Assembly (NCBI RefSeq): GCF_006345805.1
Contig: NW_021831955.1
Coordinates: forward strand, 1-33,542
DNA from: Octopus sinensis
Taxonomy: Eukaryota
Reading direction: 5' to 3'
Length of the DNA: 33,542 nt
Shown here: piece after piece, positions 12,358 to 23,940 of the stretch
How positions within the stretch are numbered: position 1 is the first letter of the stretch
How the letters are laid out: each line of letters opens with the position of its first letter
Notes under the pieces: generated by a model
What the model saw: the letters and a program-made list of their open reading frames with translations, nothing else
Databases searched by the model: none
What the model was told of the DNA's origin: nothing
Program-made: the position numbers and the translations under genes

Positions 12358-12500
12358 ACTCCCCGTCACTTAGCGGTTCGGCAAAAGAGACCGATAGAAT
12401 AAGTACTGGGCTTACAAAAGAATAAGTCCCAGGGTCGAGTTGCTCGACTAAAGGCGGTGCTCCAGCATGGCCACAGTCAAATGACTGAAACAAGTAAAAG
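12358..12500 (+). mobile_element. SINE family 3
   Basis: GATAGAATAAGTACTGGGCTTACAAAAGAATAAGTCCCAGGGTCGA...GGTGCTCCAGCATGGCCACAGTCAAATGACTGAAACAAGTAAAAG; a minus-strand paralogue is at 20302-20518. Confidence 0.85.
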
Positions 12501-12511
12501 AAAAAGAAAAG

Positions 12512-12544
<33 letters not shown>

Positions 12545-12842
12545 GCATATATACATCAATACGTATATATATATATATATGCATATGTGGGTATAGGACG
12601 TCACTAAAGGTGTACAACAAAAAAACGAAGTACGAGTACATGGAATATGAACTATTTTTTCGAACAACGAAAGACACAAATGGAAAACAAGACAAACATC
12701 ATAAAAAACGACTCTTCCGCAAAATCCGAAATTTTTTTCAATTTGCTTTGCGAGAACGACTGTTTTAACGAAATACGAGAGTAGAAAAACAGCCAACAAC
12801 TGATGAAGGGTCGTTTTTGTGTTGTTTGTCCTGTTTTCCATT

Positions 12843-12945
12843 TGTGCCTTTGCTCAAAACTATAAGGAGCACAACCGGTCTGGGAATCGAAACTACGATC
12901 TCACCATCGCCAGTGCCATACGCCTAACTACTGGTTCACACGCCT
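12843..12945 (-). mobile_element. SINE head fragment
   Basis: CCGGTCTGGGAATCGAAAC is the reverse complement of the B-box region GTTTCGATTCCCAGACCGG. Confidence 0.7.
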
Positions 12946-12975
12946 TTGTATATATATATATATATATATATATAT

Positions 12976-13016
<41 letters not shown>

Positions 13017-13039
13017 CGTGCGTGTGTGTGTTCAATTCC

Positions 13040-13225
13040 TGCTATTGTTTATCCCCTGGTTTGTCTCAGTTGAGCATAGCTGTTGTCAAAGGTACTCCAT
13101 CCGCGGACAACAAGTCTTTCCTTGCATAGTTCGTGAACTACATTGTCTAATGCATCCTACCTTTTTTTTTTAAGCCGGTAGAGTATGATATGATAGAGAT
13201 GTAACTACCATTTCTTGGATGTTCT
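13040..13225 (+). mobile_element. Degenerate dispersed repeat (family 5)
   Basis: Resembles a recalled octopus repeat and, loosely, the 4851-4984 arm; not verified. Confidence 0.45.
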
Positions 13226-13447
13226 GCAAATGGGTGAGTGTATGTTTATGTGTGTGTACGTGTGTGTGTGTGTGTGAGGTATAGCGAGATAGGAGAGAGA
13301 GGAACAGAGAAGGAGTTCGATAAAGAGTGGGAGTGACAGAGACAGAGCGAGGGAGAGAGAGTTACAGCAGGCCTCCTCAAAAGGTGCTGTTTACTGATAT
13401 GGTGTTTACTGATGCACAAATAAAACTGATTATAATGTTCTTAACAG

Positions 13448-13518
13448 AAATAACTCTAAAGTCTGTTAACACTAACTTTGTGCAATTATTGGTTATCTCT
13501 TTCACTGCTGCTTTATAA
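13448..13518 (+). CDS. Candidate terminal exon with a GPI-signal-like C-terminus: (E)ITLKSVNTNFVQLLVISFTAAL*
   Basis: Acceptor GTTCTTAACAG with CTGAT upstream; phase-1 open frame ending in a 13-residue uncharged hydrophobic tail and TAA. Confidence 0.25.
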
Positions 13519-14685
13519 ACATCATTTTGACACTGGACAGATTACGATAATATACTGAGATGAATCATAATTGAACTCCCGAATATCGAATGGTTACGAC
13601 TATAACCGACAGAAAAATATTATAATGATCATCATCGATAGATATATAACATTAGCACGAATACTGAAAGATATCTTTAATGAAGCTGATGGTAGTCATC
13701 AATCAACTTAAGTTGTGTTGCTTGGAGAGAGTTTCTCTGTTTGTCAAGAACTGTATAATAACAATTTTTGTGTTAGTGAATTTCCAAATCAAAACACCTC
13801 AATAGCACCTTACGTTGACCTGGTTTACCTCTGTTGTGAAACGTCTCGCGGCTATTTCTGTTCCAGACTCTCTTCAACAAAAATAGCTTCAATGTTAATG
13901 ATCTAAATATTTATCTCTATCAGAAAATATGCACAGGCTATTTGCGCAGCGATCACGCCGCCATAAAAATAAACTATTTCACCCGTGATTTTGATATCAT
14001 ATCTATTTTCAGTGCGGAGACTAAAGTGATATTTTCTGCATTGATTTGAATCTTCATTATATAAAAACGCAAAACGAGATTTACAGATATTTATTTTATA
14101 TGATGGAGAAATTTTTTTAATGAAAAAGCTAATAAATAGTCAAAGAATATTCGTGAAGAGAAATGGTAATGTAGAGCATAACTGCATAGACAACCATGGA
14201 AAAGAGACAATATTTCATCGTCGTATTCCTGTATAATCACACGGGAGCAATAAAATGCCTAAGTACAGCCGCCATGATATCGTAGAATATGCCATAGACA
14301 TCTTACATTTGTAACAAATGTAAATATCCAAAACCACACGCAAAAAAGTCTATGTATCTATGAGCGTACACAAAAGAGGACCAAACAATCGATCGAGATA
14401 AAGTCGCTTGTCAACGCATCGCAATTTCTTCTTTCCTACAGACGTGCTGTTGTTTTCCATTCTGTTTTTTAGAACACTTCTACAGTGGTCTCTTCTCATT
14501 GGTTCTGGATATAATGGATGGTCTTATATTATCTCCGTCTACCTTCTCATTCCTTTTCATGTCACCTGTTTTCAGCTCCATTGAGCTTTTCAGACTTCAC
14601 ACTATCTAGTACATCCAATGTTTCATCCACATATTGTCATTCATCTCTAATTCCCTCGCGGCCCAATTTTGTTTTCTTTCTGCAG

Positions 14686-14775
14686 CCGACGATTTGCACT
14701 TGTTGAAAAACGACTCCGAACACATCAACATACCGAGAGTTCGACCACCTGAAATGACATCGGGCGCCACAATAG
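14686..14775 (+). CDS. Exon candidate D1 (90 nt, phase 1-1): (A)DDLHLLKNDSEHINIPRVRPPEMTSGATI(G); frame stays open to alternative donors at 14882/14886
   Basis: TTTTGTTTTCTTTCTGCAG acceptor and AG|GTAGAG donor. An in-frame 12-nt deletion relative to the paralogues; NDS sequon. Confidence 0.55.
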
Positions 14776-15244
14776 GTAGAGAGATCAATATTTCTAACAA
14801 ATCAAATCTCTTAAGGAATGTATCCTGCTTTTATAAGCTGATTGCAAAACTACTATGTCTATTTCTGAATATTTGTACAAGGGTGTGTATGTCTGAATGT
14901 GTGTACGAACATATGAATGCTTGTCAGTAAGGTTGGTAGGTAGGTAAGTGCGTACATATTTACTTACACAAGTACGTAACTGTGTGTGTGTATATATATG
15001 TGTGTGTGTGTGTGTGTGTTGACATAAATATGCTTATGTAGTTCTATGAATATATCAAAGTTCGAAACTATGTTTTGTATAATGGATAAAGATACGCTTA
15101 AAGACTGGGATAGACATCTTAGAGAGTGAGACATAAGCAGATAACTAGGGGAAGAGAGAGGGGGGGAAGAGAAAGAGACAAAGGAAGAGAACGTAGAAAA
15201 CGTAGATAACTAGATAGATAGTAAGAGAGAGGGAAAGAGAGAGA

Positions 15245-15249
15245 GATAA

Positions 15250-15299
<50 letters not shown>

Positions 15300-15447
15300 G
15301 ATAGATAGACGGAGGGATGGATGGATGGATGGATGGATGGATGGATGGATGGAAGGATGGATGGATGGATGGATGGATGGATGGATTGATGGATGGATGG
15401 ATGGATGAATGGATAGATAGATAGATGGATGGATGGATGGATGAATG

Positions 15448-15509
<62 letters not shown>

Positions 15510-15510
15510 A
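15245..15510. repeat. (GATA)n-(GGAT)n-(GATA)n compound microsatellite in block E (paralogues 19265-19430, 28758-28855)
   Basis: Directly visible. Confidence 0.97.
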
Positions 15511-15879
15511 CATCCCAGAACAAGCCATAGATGAATCCTGATAGACGTAACTGAATGGAGAAACGGATGACCTCACACACCAACGAGAATCTATTTTCCC
15601 ACAGGAAGTCTATGTCTACCCCCCATGTGTGTGCGTGTCTGCGTGTGTAAATGTATGTTTAAACGCATGTAATTATCTACGCATGTATATCGATTCTCAC
15701 GCTTCTTCCCTCTATAAAGATGCCTCTAAACGTAGGTATGTACATGTGCATACCTACGTATATATAAACACATTCATATATCTATATGTATACATATGTA
15801 TATGTATATATATGTGTATATATATCACATATACATATATATATACATATATATATACATACATTTCTGTAGATATTTT

Positions 15880-15917
<38 letters not shown>

Positions 15918-16165
15918 ATATAATATACATACATGCATACATACTTGCATACATACATACATACATGCAGGTATGCATACATATATGAATACATGCATAC
16001 ATGCATGCACACAACCATAAATATACGCACGCATAGACGTTGGCACACCTGTAATTGATTCATTGCATTTCTTGAGGTATTACTAGTTGTATAAATTATA
16101 CACACACACACCGGGCCAAGTTGCCTTAATAGAGCGGAGCCAGAAAAGGCATTACCTTTTGACAG

Positions 16166-16193
16166 CTCAATGAAAACACATCTCAGTCATCAG
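16166..16193 (+). CDS. Microexon candidate F1 (28 nt, phase 0-1): LNENTSQSS
   Basis: CCTTTTGACAG acceptor and CAG|GTACAT donor; paralogues of identical length. Confidence 0.35.
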
Positions 16194-16237
16194 GTACATT
16201 GCCATTCAAGCAAGAGCAGCCTTTATAATCTTATATG

Positions 16238-17008
16238 CAGAGTAATTAAAAAGTCGCCATGCATAGAAACAATTTATCTTTTAATAAGAAAACAGTTTAT
16301 AAGAACAGTTTTTTTTTTTTTAATTAACGGGCTCAATATGGTTGCCATTGTTTTGAATGCACATTGCAATACGTTTATCCAACTCATTGTCAACTCCTCG
16401 TAATAGCACATCAAGGAGGCGCAATGGCCCAGTGGTTAGGGCAGCGGACTCGCGGTCATAGGATCGCGGTTTCGATTCCCAGACCGGGCGTTGTGAGTGT
16501 TTATTGAGCGAAAACACCTAAAGCTCCACGAGGCTCCGGCAGGGGATGGTGGTGATCCCTGCTGTACTCTTTCACCACAACTTTCTCTCACTCTTACTTC
16601 CTGTTTCTGTTGTACCTGTATTTCAAGGGCCGGCCTTGTCACTCTCTGTGTCACGCTGAATATCCCCGAGAACTACGTTAAGGGTACACGTGTCTGTGGA
16701 GTTCTCAGCCACTTACACGTTAATTTCACGAGCAGGCTGTTCCGTTGATTCGGATCAACCGGAACCCTGGTCGTCGTAACCGACGGAGTGCTTCCCCCAA
16801 TAGCACATCTGGTGATACGTGTGCAAATGAGTTGGTGATGCGTCCCTTCGAATGATCTATGTTTTTTTTATCTTTCCGCGATACACCTTGCTTTTCAAAT
16901 GCTCCCAAAGACAGAAATTAAAACGGGTCAGTTCAGGGGATCTAGAGGATCTTATAAACTGTTTCCCATAAAAAAATTCCTATGTATGGAGACTTTTGAG
17001 TGACTCTG
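16238..17008 (-). mobile_element. Tc1/mariner-superfamily deletion derivative retaining the transposase C-terminus, with a nested SINE
   Basis: 32-bp TIRs, CAGAGTAATTAAAAAGTCGCC... vs the reverse complement of ...GGAGACTTTTGAGTGACTCTG (26/32 identical). TG/TA flanks (TA TSD with one change), and the site is empty in the paralogue at ~30130. Minus-strand RSPELTRFNFCLWEHLKSKVY.../NIDHSKGRITNSFAHVSPDVLLRGVDNELDKRIAMCIQNNGNHIE matches the SPDL..DF.LWG.LK..VY motif. Confidence 0.88.
16413..16798 (+). mobile_element. Full-length tRNA-derived SINE (head 1 + tail X) with 11-bp TSD
   Basis: TSD AATAGCACATC at 16402-16412 and 16799-16809. Confidence 0.93.
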
Positions 17009-17112
17009 TAGATGCTCTCAACATCCTCCAAATCACTTTTCCTTTTCTCTATTATCCCGGCTCTTCGTGCTTGTTTGTTGGTGGTGGTGTTGTTGCTGTT
17101 GTTGTTGTGTTG

Positions 17113-17144
<32 letters not shown>

Positions 17145-17266
17145 GGTGGTGGTGGTGGTGGTGGTGATGGTGGAGGAGGAGGGGGAGAATAGTTATTACT
17201 TTTGAATAAACTCATCTTTCAACTTTTATTCGTATTCTCTTATTCAATCTTTCTCTCTCTGTCTCT

Positions 17267-17348
<82 letters not shown>

Positions 17349-17372
17349 CAACAGTTTGTATATTTATATTGG

Positions 17373-17410
<38 letters not shown>

Positions 17411-17418
<8 letters not shown>

Positions 17419-17570
17419 ATTACGTGATCGACCGGACTATCCGATGTTGTTTTACATTGCTGGTCACAATGCGTTTTACGTCATGTTAGTTTCTAAACGA
17501 TGTTTTTTTCGCTGGTTTAACGAGCTGATCAAAATTACCCGCTCAACATCATTCTACCCTGATCAGCAAT
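17411..17570 (-). mobile_element. Old SINE tail-Y remnant (block A; paralogues 25478-25640, 27170-27310)
   Basis: TCACGTGAT.ACGTGATCGACCGGACTATCCGATGTTG...ATTGCTGGTCACAATGCG, as at 55-120. Confidence 0.75.
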
Positions 17571-17769
17571 GTTGGTAAAATCTTTTTACGGAAAAGAGAA
17601 ACCGTCAAACAATATGCATGAAGACAATAGTGATTTAGAGCATGGCTCCATTGACATGAAACCATATTTGATCGTTGTATTCCTGTTTAATCATGTAGGA
17701 GCAATAAAAAGCTGAAGTACAGCCGCTACAGCGTCATAGACTACATATTTATTTTTAAAAAAATTTTTT

Positions 17770-17950
17770 TATTTTTCATTTTATTTTTTTTGTTCTTTTC
17801 TTCCCTTTTACGATCCCTCTTGATCGAAAACCTACGCCACCCCATTTTTTTGGTTTCTTTTCTTTTTTGTTTTTTTCATCCCCCAAAAGAAAAGCTCTAC
17901 CTTGTAACTTGTCCCATCTGTGTGCAGCCCTGTGTGGCCAATAAAGAAAC
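17770..17950 (+). mobile_element. Retroposon 3'-end fragment (same family as 10281 and 28858)
   Basis: TTTTACGATCCC.CTTGATCGAAAACCTACGCCACC...CTTGTCCCATCTGTGTGCAGCCCTGTGTGGCCAATAAAGAAAC; absent from the other array units at this position. Confidence 0.7.
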
Positions 17951-18315
17951 TTATTTTAACAAATAAAAATATCCAAGACCGAATGCAAAAGATATGACCA
18001 AACAATTGGTTGACATAAAGTCACTGGTCAACAGTTCACAATTTCTTCTCTACGGGAGACATGCTATAGACTTCTCATTCTGTTCTTTTTAACATTTCCA
18101 CAGTGGCCTCTTCTCATCGCTTCTGGATATAGTGGATGGTTGAACATAACATTGTCTCTGACTCACTTGTCTTTCCTTCTCTCGCCACTAATTTTGTCCT
18201 CCATTAAAGTTTTCAGATCTCACATTGTGCAATACATCCATTGATTTCACCGCTTATCGTTATTCACCTCTAAATCCCATGCGGCACTTTTCTATTTTTT
18301 TTTTTATTTCTGCAG

Positions 18316-18417
18316 CTAACGATTTACCCGTCTTGAAAGACGACGCCAAACTGATAAACTTCACGATTTCTCAACCGCCTGTACGGACAACGGTCGGAGT
18401 CCCTTCCGACACTAAAG
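18316..18417 (+). CDS. Exon candidate D2 (102 nt, phase 1-1): (A)NDLPVLKDDAKLINFTISQPPVRTTVGVPSDTK(G); frame open to alternative donors at 18524/18528
   Basis: Poly-T + TTTCTGCAG acceptor; AG|GTAGAG donor; NFT sequon. Confidence 0.55.
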
Positions 18418-18564
18418 GTAGAGAGATGAATATTTCTAAGAAATCAAATCTCTTACGGAATGTATCCTGCTTTCATAAACTGACTGCAAATCTATGGTGC
18501 CTATTTCTGAATATATGTACAAGAGTATGTAAGCATGAATATATGTACAAGAGTGTGTACGTAT

Positions 18565-18705
18565 AATGGTGGTGGTGACGGCGAGGAGAAGAGTAATTTC
18601 TTTCAGTATCCTCAATTTTCAATTTTTATATTCGTCTTCGCTTATATTATCTCTCTCCCTATCACACTGTTCCCTCTCTCCCCCTCTCTCTCGTCCCCTC
18701 CTTTG
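18565..18705 (+). repeat. Inserted copy of block G flanked by a 17-bp direct repeat
   Basis: CAAGAGTGTGTACGTAT at 18548-18564 and 18706-18722. The insert matches ~20050-20165. Confidence 0.85.
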
Positions 18706-19264
18706 CAAGAGTGTGTACGTATGTATGAATGCATGTATGTACGTAGGTATTAAGGCTCGTAGGTAGGTGCGTACGTCCGTATTTACGTACATACGTATAT
18801 TATTGTGTATATATATATATATATATACACACAATAATTGATAAAATATTGATAAAAATGGTAAGAGAACAAAAGAAAGAGACACCGATATTGTGTAAAT
18901 AGAGGAATTAATCTGTAAATGCAATATGTCTTAATTATTCGGTAGCCATGATAAAACTCCGAGTTTCGGATGCCGAGGTGGAAATCCACGCCGCTATCTC
19001 TTCAGTTATCTGGCCATCGGAAAAAATGCCCATTTTTGGGGGAAAGTTTTATCATGACTACCGAATAATTGTCATATATATTTTTGATTTATTTTTATTT
19101 ATTTATTTATCTATTTATTCATAAATATGCGTGTGTGTATGTGTGTGTGTGTGTGTTGACATAAATATGTTTATGTAGTTCCATGAATACATCAAAGTTA
19201 GAAACTATGTTTTGTATAATGGATAAAGATACGGACCAAGATAGAGACGGACTACCTAAAGAGT

Positions 19265-19343
<79 letters not shown>

Positions 19344-19366
19344 CGATAGGTAGGTAGGTAGGTAGG

Positions 19367-19430
<64 letters not shown>

Positions 19431-19626
19431 ATGCCAACGCATTCACAACGAGCCTTAAATAAGTACTCATAGACAGTTGAATAGAGAAACGAATGACCAG
19501 ACAAACAGTGAAATGAGCAGAGTTCGAACTGAAACAAATTGCCTTTAACTGATTCACTGTATTTCTTGAGGTATTGCTAGGTGTACAAAATATATACACA
19601 CACCGAGCCAAGTTGCCTTAAAAGAG

Positions 19627-19654
19627 CTAACTGAAGACACACCTGGATCACCAG
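19627..19654 (+). CDS. Microexon candidate F2 (28 nt): LTEDTPGSP; the upstream pyrimidine tract is deleted
   Basis: Preceded by AAAAGAG (the ~30 nt containing TTTTGACAG in the paralogues is missing); donor CAG|GTACAT is intact. Confidence 0.2.
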
Positions 19655-19708
19655 GTACATTGTCATCCATGCAACGGCATCTTTTACTTGCTTATATAGT
19701 TCTCAACA

Positions 19709-19949
19709 CAGGCGGCGATCTGGCAGAAACGTTAGCACGCCGGGCGAAATGCTTATCCGTATTTCGTCTGCCGTTACGTTCAGAGTTCAAATTCCGCCGA
19801 GGTTGACTTTGCCTTTCATCCTTTCGGGGTCGATAAATTAAGTACCAGTTACGCACTGGGGTCGTTGTAATCGACTTAATCCCTTTGTCTGTCCTTGTTT
19901 ATCTCCTCTGTGTTTAGCTCCTTGAGGGTAGTAAAGAAATATATATAGA
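19709..19949 (+). mobile_element. SINE family 2, full length, with 11-bp TSD (one mismatch)
   Basis: AGTTCTCAACA (19698-19708) / AGTTCTCAGCA (19950-19960). The paralogous sites at ~17010, 23440 and 30140 are empty. Confidence 0.9.
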
Positions 19950-20301
19950 AGTTCTCAGCATCCTCCGAAACATTTTTCCTTAGCTCTATAAATCCGACAC
20001 TTCGTGTTCGCATTAACGGCTTGTTGGTGGTGTTGATGTTGTTGTTGTTTGTGGTGGTGGTGACGGCAAGAAGAGTAATTTCTTTTCAGTATACTCAATT
20101 TTCAATTTTTATATTCGTCTTCGCTTATATTATCTCTCTCCCTATCACACTGTTCCCTCTCTCCTCCCCTCCTTTTCTCATTCTCTCTCTATTCCACTCT
20201 CTCTCTCTCTCTCTCTTTTAGCTATATACACATCTACATACATATAAATATATAACGCGTAGCCCCGCTAGCCCGCACACTGGTGACTGAAACATGGAAT
20301 A

Positions 20302-20518
20302 ATCTTTTATTCTCTTATACGTTTGCTTATTTAAGTCATTTGACTGCGGCTATGCTGGAGCCCCGCCTTAAGTCGAACATATCGACCCCTAGGTCTTTTA
20401 ATTTCTCAGCCTTAATCTATCGGTCACTTTACCGAACCGCTTATTGCGGGGATGTAAACACACATCACCATTGGTTGCCAAGCAATGGTGAGGGCACAAA
20501 CACAAAAACACAAATACA
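20302..20518 (-). mobile_element. SINE family 3
   Basis: Reverse-complement similarity to 12358-12500. Confidence 0.8.
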
Positions 20519-20558
<40 letters not shown>

Positions 20559-20573
20559 TATATATATATATAT

Positions 20574-20625
<52 letters not shown>

Positions 20626-20627
<2 letters not shown>

Positions 20628-20778
20628 CCGGCTTCTTTCAGTTTTCGTCTACCAAACCCTCTCACGTGGCTTTGGTCGGCCCGAGGCTATAGTAGAAGGC
20701 ACATGTACAAGATGCCACGCAGTGGTACTGAACCCGGGAACATGTGGTTGGGAAGCAAGCTTCTTACCACACAGCCAC
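20626..20778 (-). mobile_element. SINE family 4 (paralogue at the same array position, 23789-23940)
   Basis: GCTTCTTTCAGTTTTCGTCTACCAAA...GCCACGCAGTGG.ACTGAACCCGG.AACATGTGGTTGGGAAGCAAGCTTCTTACCACACAGCCAC. Confidence 0.88.
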
Positions 20779-20934
20779 TATGTATATTATGTTTATATAT
20801 ATTCATATATATATATATATATATACTTGCAAGTGTATATCAATATACATATATACATGTACACACACACATACACACACAAACGCACACACATACACAC
20901 ACACAAACACACTCATATATACACACACGTATAT

Positions 20935-21110
20935 AAATACACTGTCGATTTCTGTCCCTCTTTGGACATTTCCATTTCTATTTTCGGACGAAGAGCCATA
21001 CTAGAAACGTCAAACTCTCCTTTTACCGAGCGTCAAACTTTTACATTTCTTACGCATGTGCTCATGTTATCCGTTTTCATTCGTTTATTTCAACTGTTTA
21101 TTTATTTATT
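20935..21110 (+). mobile_element. Block H: Penelope pLTR-like repeat with a degenerate minimal hammerhead motif (paralogue 24060-24245)
   Basis: CGGACGA-AGAGCCATACTA-GAAACGTC (20985-21011) and CTTACGA-AGAGTCTTGATC-GAAACGTC (24114-24140), compared with the core CUGANGA...GAAAC-GUC. Confidence 0.4.
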
Positions 21111-21166
21111 TTTATATATATATATATATGTGTGTGTGTATATATATATGTGTGTATATATATATG

Positions 21167-21215
<49 letters not shown>

Positions 21216-21555
21216 TTATATACATGTCCCTTACACATAATCGCTTTACTCAGAACTAGTAGACCTGACACCATTCATTAATCGGTGTGCATTCAAAGCA
21301 ATGGTTAGTAAATTCACGAAACCGGTATGCTTTTGAATCTCTTTAAAATTTCACAGTAATGACTTTTATTACTATTATTCCTACCTCAGTTCATCTAACT
21401 GTACATATCTATCATTACCTTTCATAAAAATCCTTTACTTTTTTTGAATTTCAATGTGCATTTTCGCTTAATTTTCTTCTTACTTTCCCCTTACATTTCC
21501 ACGTGTAGTTTCTTTTTTCTTTTTGCAACATATTTCTATTTTATATATATATATA

Positions 21556-22579
21556 TACGTGGTCTGATGAATAAGCACACGTAAAAGGAAGGACCAAACA
21601 ATTGCTTGACATAAAGTCGCTAGTCAACAGTTCACAATTTCTTCCCTCCGGGAGACATTTTTTAGACTTCTCATTCTGTTGTTTTTAACATTTCCACAGT
21701 GACCTCTTCTCATCGCTTCTGGATATAGTGGATGGTTGTACGCTGCCTTAGTATGTTGCCTTAGCAACGAAGCTAAAGCATGCAAAATGACGTCGCTTGG
21801 CACAGACTGACTTTGATATCTGTTGTGCAAATGCGCTAAGGTTTACCATCCTAACTCACTTCCGCTGTTTACAACAGTGCTTGGAATGACGGTGTGTAAC
21901 GTATGGTCGGTGCATTGACTATGACAGCGAAAGTTGAGAATAGAATCTGCATCAAATTTTGACAAGATCGTGATGATACCTGATCAAAGGGCTACGAAAC
22001 GTTTTCATCGTTCTCGACATAATTAACGAGATCTCGTGAAACTGAAACGCGAGTCTCTTTTTGGTTAGCAGAAACAGTTTTGGCACAATTTTGGCGGACA
22101 CGCGTCTCATACCCAAATCTTAAGTGTTAATAGACTGAACTGAACCGTTAATAATCTGCACATATTCTGATAACTCACTGAGGGTGATTCAACGATTTCC
22201 CTTCAGAGCTGCACGCCTTCTGCGAAATTTTTATCAGTTGTGTTGGTTGCAGGCCTCCAAGAACTTTCGTCAGAATCGATTTTTTTCGGCCATCTAAGTA
22301 ACATCCAAACTACTCGGACACTTGAGTGCGGTTCATACACTGCTCTCCATACACTTTCTGCAAAAATGCGTTCACCTCTGAGCAGGTATCGATATCACAA
22401 CACTGTCGTTGTCAGTGCAATGATCGAACGCCACACACCTACCTTCCAACCACTAAAGTGAGCTACGACGGTAAAACTTAGTGTGCATGCACAGCAGAGT
22501 TCAAGGTCAGTCTTTCCAAGTAGGTTTACTTTTCGTTACTATGGCAACAGTCCGGACCCCATTGACCAGACTTTGTGTA
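21556..22579. mobile_element. Non-autonomous mariner made of two inverted 5' ends (copy 1), with a host block-C fragment inside its left terminus
   Basis: Termini TACGTGGTCTGATGAATAAG / rc TACACAAAGTCTGGTCAAT. + strand MTAKVENRICIKF; - strand FLQKVYGEQCMNRTQV..., a typical mariner transposase N-terminus. Confidence 0.85.
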
Positions 22580-22589
22580 TATATATATA

Positions 22590-22636
<47 letters not shown>

Positions 22637-22650
22637 ATATATATATATCT

Positions 22651-22907
22651 GGAGGCGCAATGGCCCAGCGGTTAGGGCACCGGACTCGCGGTCGTAGGAT
22701 CGCGGTTTCGATTCCCAGACCGGGCGTTTGTGTTGTTTATTGAGCGAATACACCTAAAGACTCCACGACGCTCCGGCAGGGGATGGTGATCCCTGCTGTA
22801 CTCTTTCACCACTCCTCCTCTCACTCTTTCTTCTGTTGGCCTGCTCGCTTAGCCAGCGGGGTGGCGTCATTCGAAGGCTAAAACAATGCGAACCCATTGT
22901 GACCAGC
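22651..22907 (+). mobile_element. tRNA-derived SINE, head 1 + tail Y (3'-truncated)
   Basis: Head as at 16413; the 3' part is the reverse complement of block A. Confidence 0.85.
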
Positions 22908-22964
22908 AAAAAGGAGTGAGGGGGAGCAAAAAGGAGAGAGAGATACATACATACATAAATACAT

Positions 22965-23170
22965 ACAAACGCCGGACGAAATGCCTAGCAGTATTTCGAC
23001 TGCCGTTACGATCTGAGTTCAAATTCCGCCGAGGTCGACTTTGCCTTTCATCCTTTCGGGTTCGATTAAATAAGTACCAGTAAGTCACTCGGGACGATAT
23101 AATTGACTTAATCCCCTTGTCTGTCCTTGTTTGTCCCCAATTTGTTTAGCCCCCTGTGGTCAATAAAGTA
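22965..23170 (+). mobile_element. SINE family 2 (5'-truncated)
   Basis: Matches 19735-19945. Confidence 0.85.
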
Positions 23171-23363
23171 ATATACATACATACATACATACATTTGGCA
23201 CACCTGAATGAACGACAGTGAAAGAAATAGAGATGGAACTGAAACAAATCCACCTTTAATTGATTCACTGGATTTCTTGACGTATTACTAGATGTAGAAA
23301 TTATATACACACACCGATTTACCTTGAAAGAGCGGAGGCAGAGAAGGGACATCGTTTTGACAG

Positions 23364-23391
23364 CTAACTGAAGACACACCGGCGTCACCAG
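23364..23391 (+). CDS. Microexon candidate F3 (28 nt, phase 0-1): LTEDTPASP
   Basis: GTTTTGACAG acceptor; CAG|GTACAT donor. Confidence 0.35.
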
Positions 23392-23746
23392 GTACATTGT
23401 CATTCATGCAATGGCAATTTTTATTAAGTTGTATAGAAGTACTCTACATCTTCCGAATCACTTTTCCTTGGCTCTATAAATCCGACACTTCGTGTTTGCA
23501 TTAATGGCTTGTTGTTGTTGGTGGTGGTGGTGTTGATGTTGCTGTTTGTGGTGGTGGTGTAGGTGGTGAAGCCGAGGAGAAGAGTAATTTCTTTTAGTTC
23601 ATTCAATTTTCAATTTTTATATTCGTCTTCACTTATATTATCGCTCTCTCTATCACTTTGTTCCCTCTCTCCCTCTCTCTCACTTTCTCTCTCACTCTCT
23701 CTCTCTCTCCATATAGATATAGATACACACACACACACACACACAG

Positions 23747-23788
<42 letters not shown>

Positions 23789-23791
<3 letters not shown>

Positions 23792-23940
23792 GAGCTTCTT
23801 TCGGTTTCCGTCTTGCAAATAAGCTCACAACTCTTTGGCCAGCCCAAGACAACAGTACAAAACACATACACAAGATGTCACGATGTGGGATTGAACCCGG
23901 CCCCATGTGGTTGGTAAGTAAACTTCTTACCACACAGCCA
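23789..23940 (-). mobile_element. SINE family 4, duplicated together with the segment
   Basis: Same orientation and same downstream flank (microsatellite, then block H) as 20626-20778. Confidence 0.8.

Noticed and set aside
14486-14520. 35-nt exon candidate in block C (GLFSLVLDIMD / GLFSSLLDIVD / GPFSAVLDIMD; also 18104-18138)
   Set aside because: The acceptor is good in four copies but lost in the last unit; donors are weak (GTCTTA, GTTGAA) or GC; its phase does not fit the D/F chain.
14606-14800. D blocks as minus-strand coding sequence
   Set aside because: Minus-strand frames and AG acceptors are not conserved among the four copies, and D3 has a stop.
15040-15130. Block E open frame [18 protein letters not shown]...
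   Set aside because: Short, needs an unusual phase, runs into (GATA)n and has no donor.
19975-20105. Block G as a transmembrane exon (+) or Thr-rich exon (-)
   Set aside because: The hydrophobic or Thr run is a (GTT/GGT)n microsatellite; splice sites and frame are not conserved among copies.
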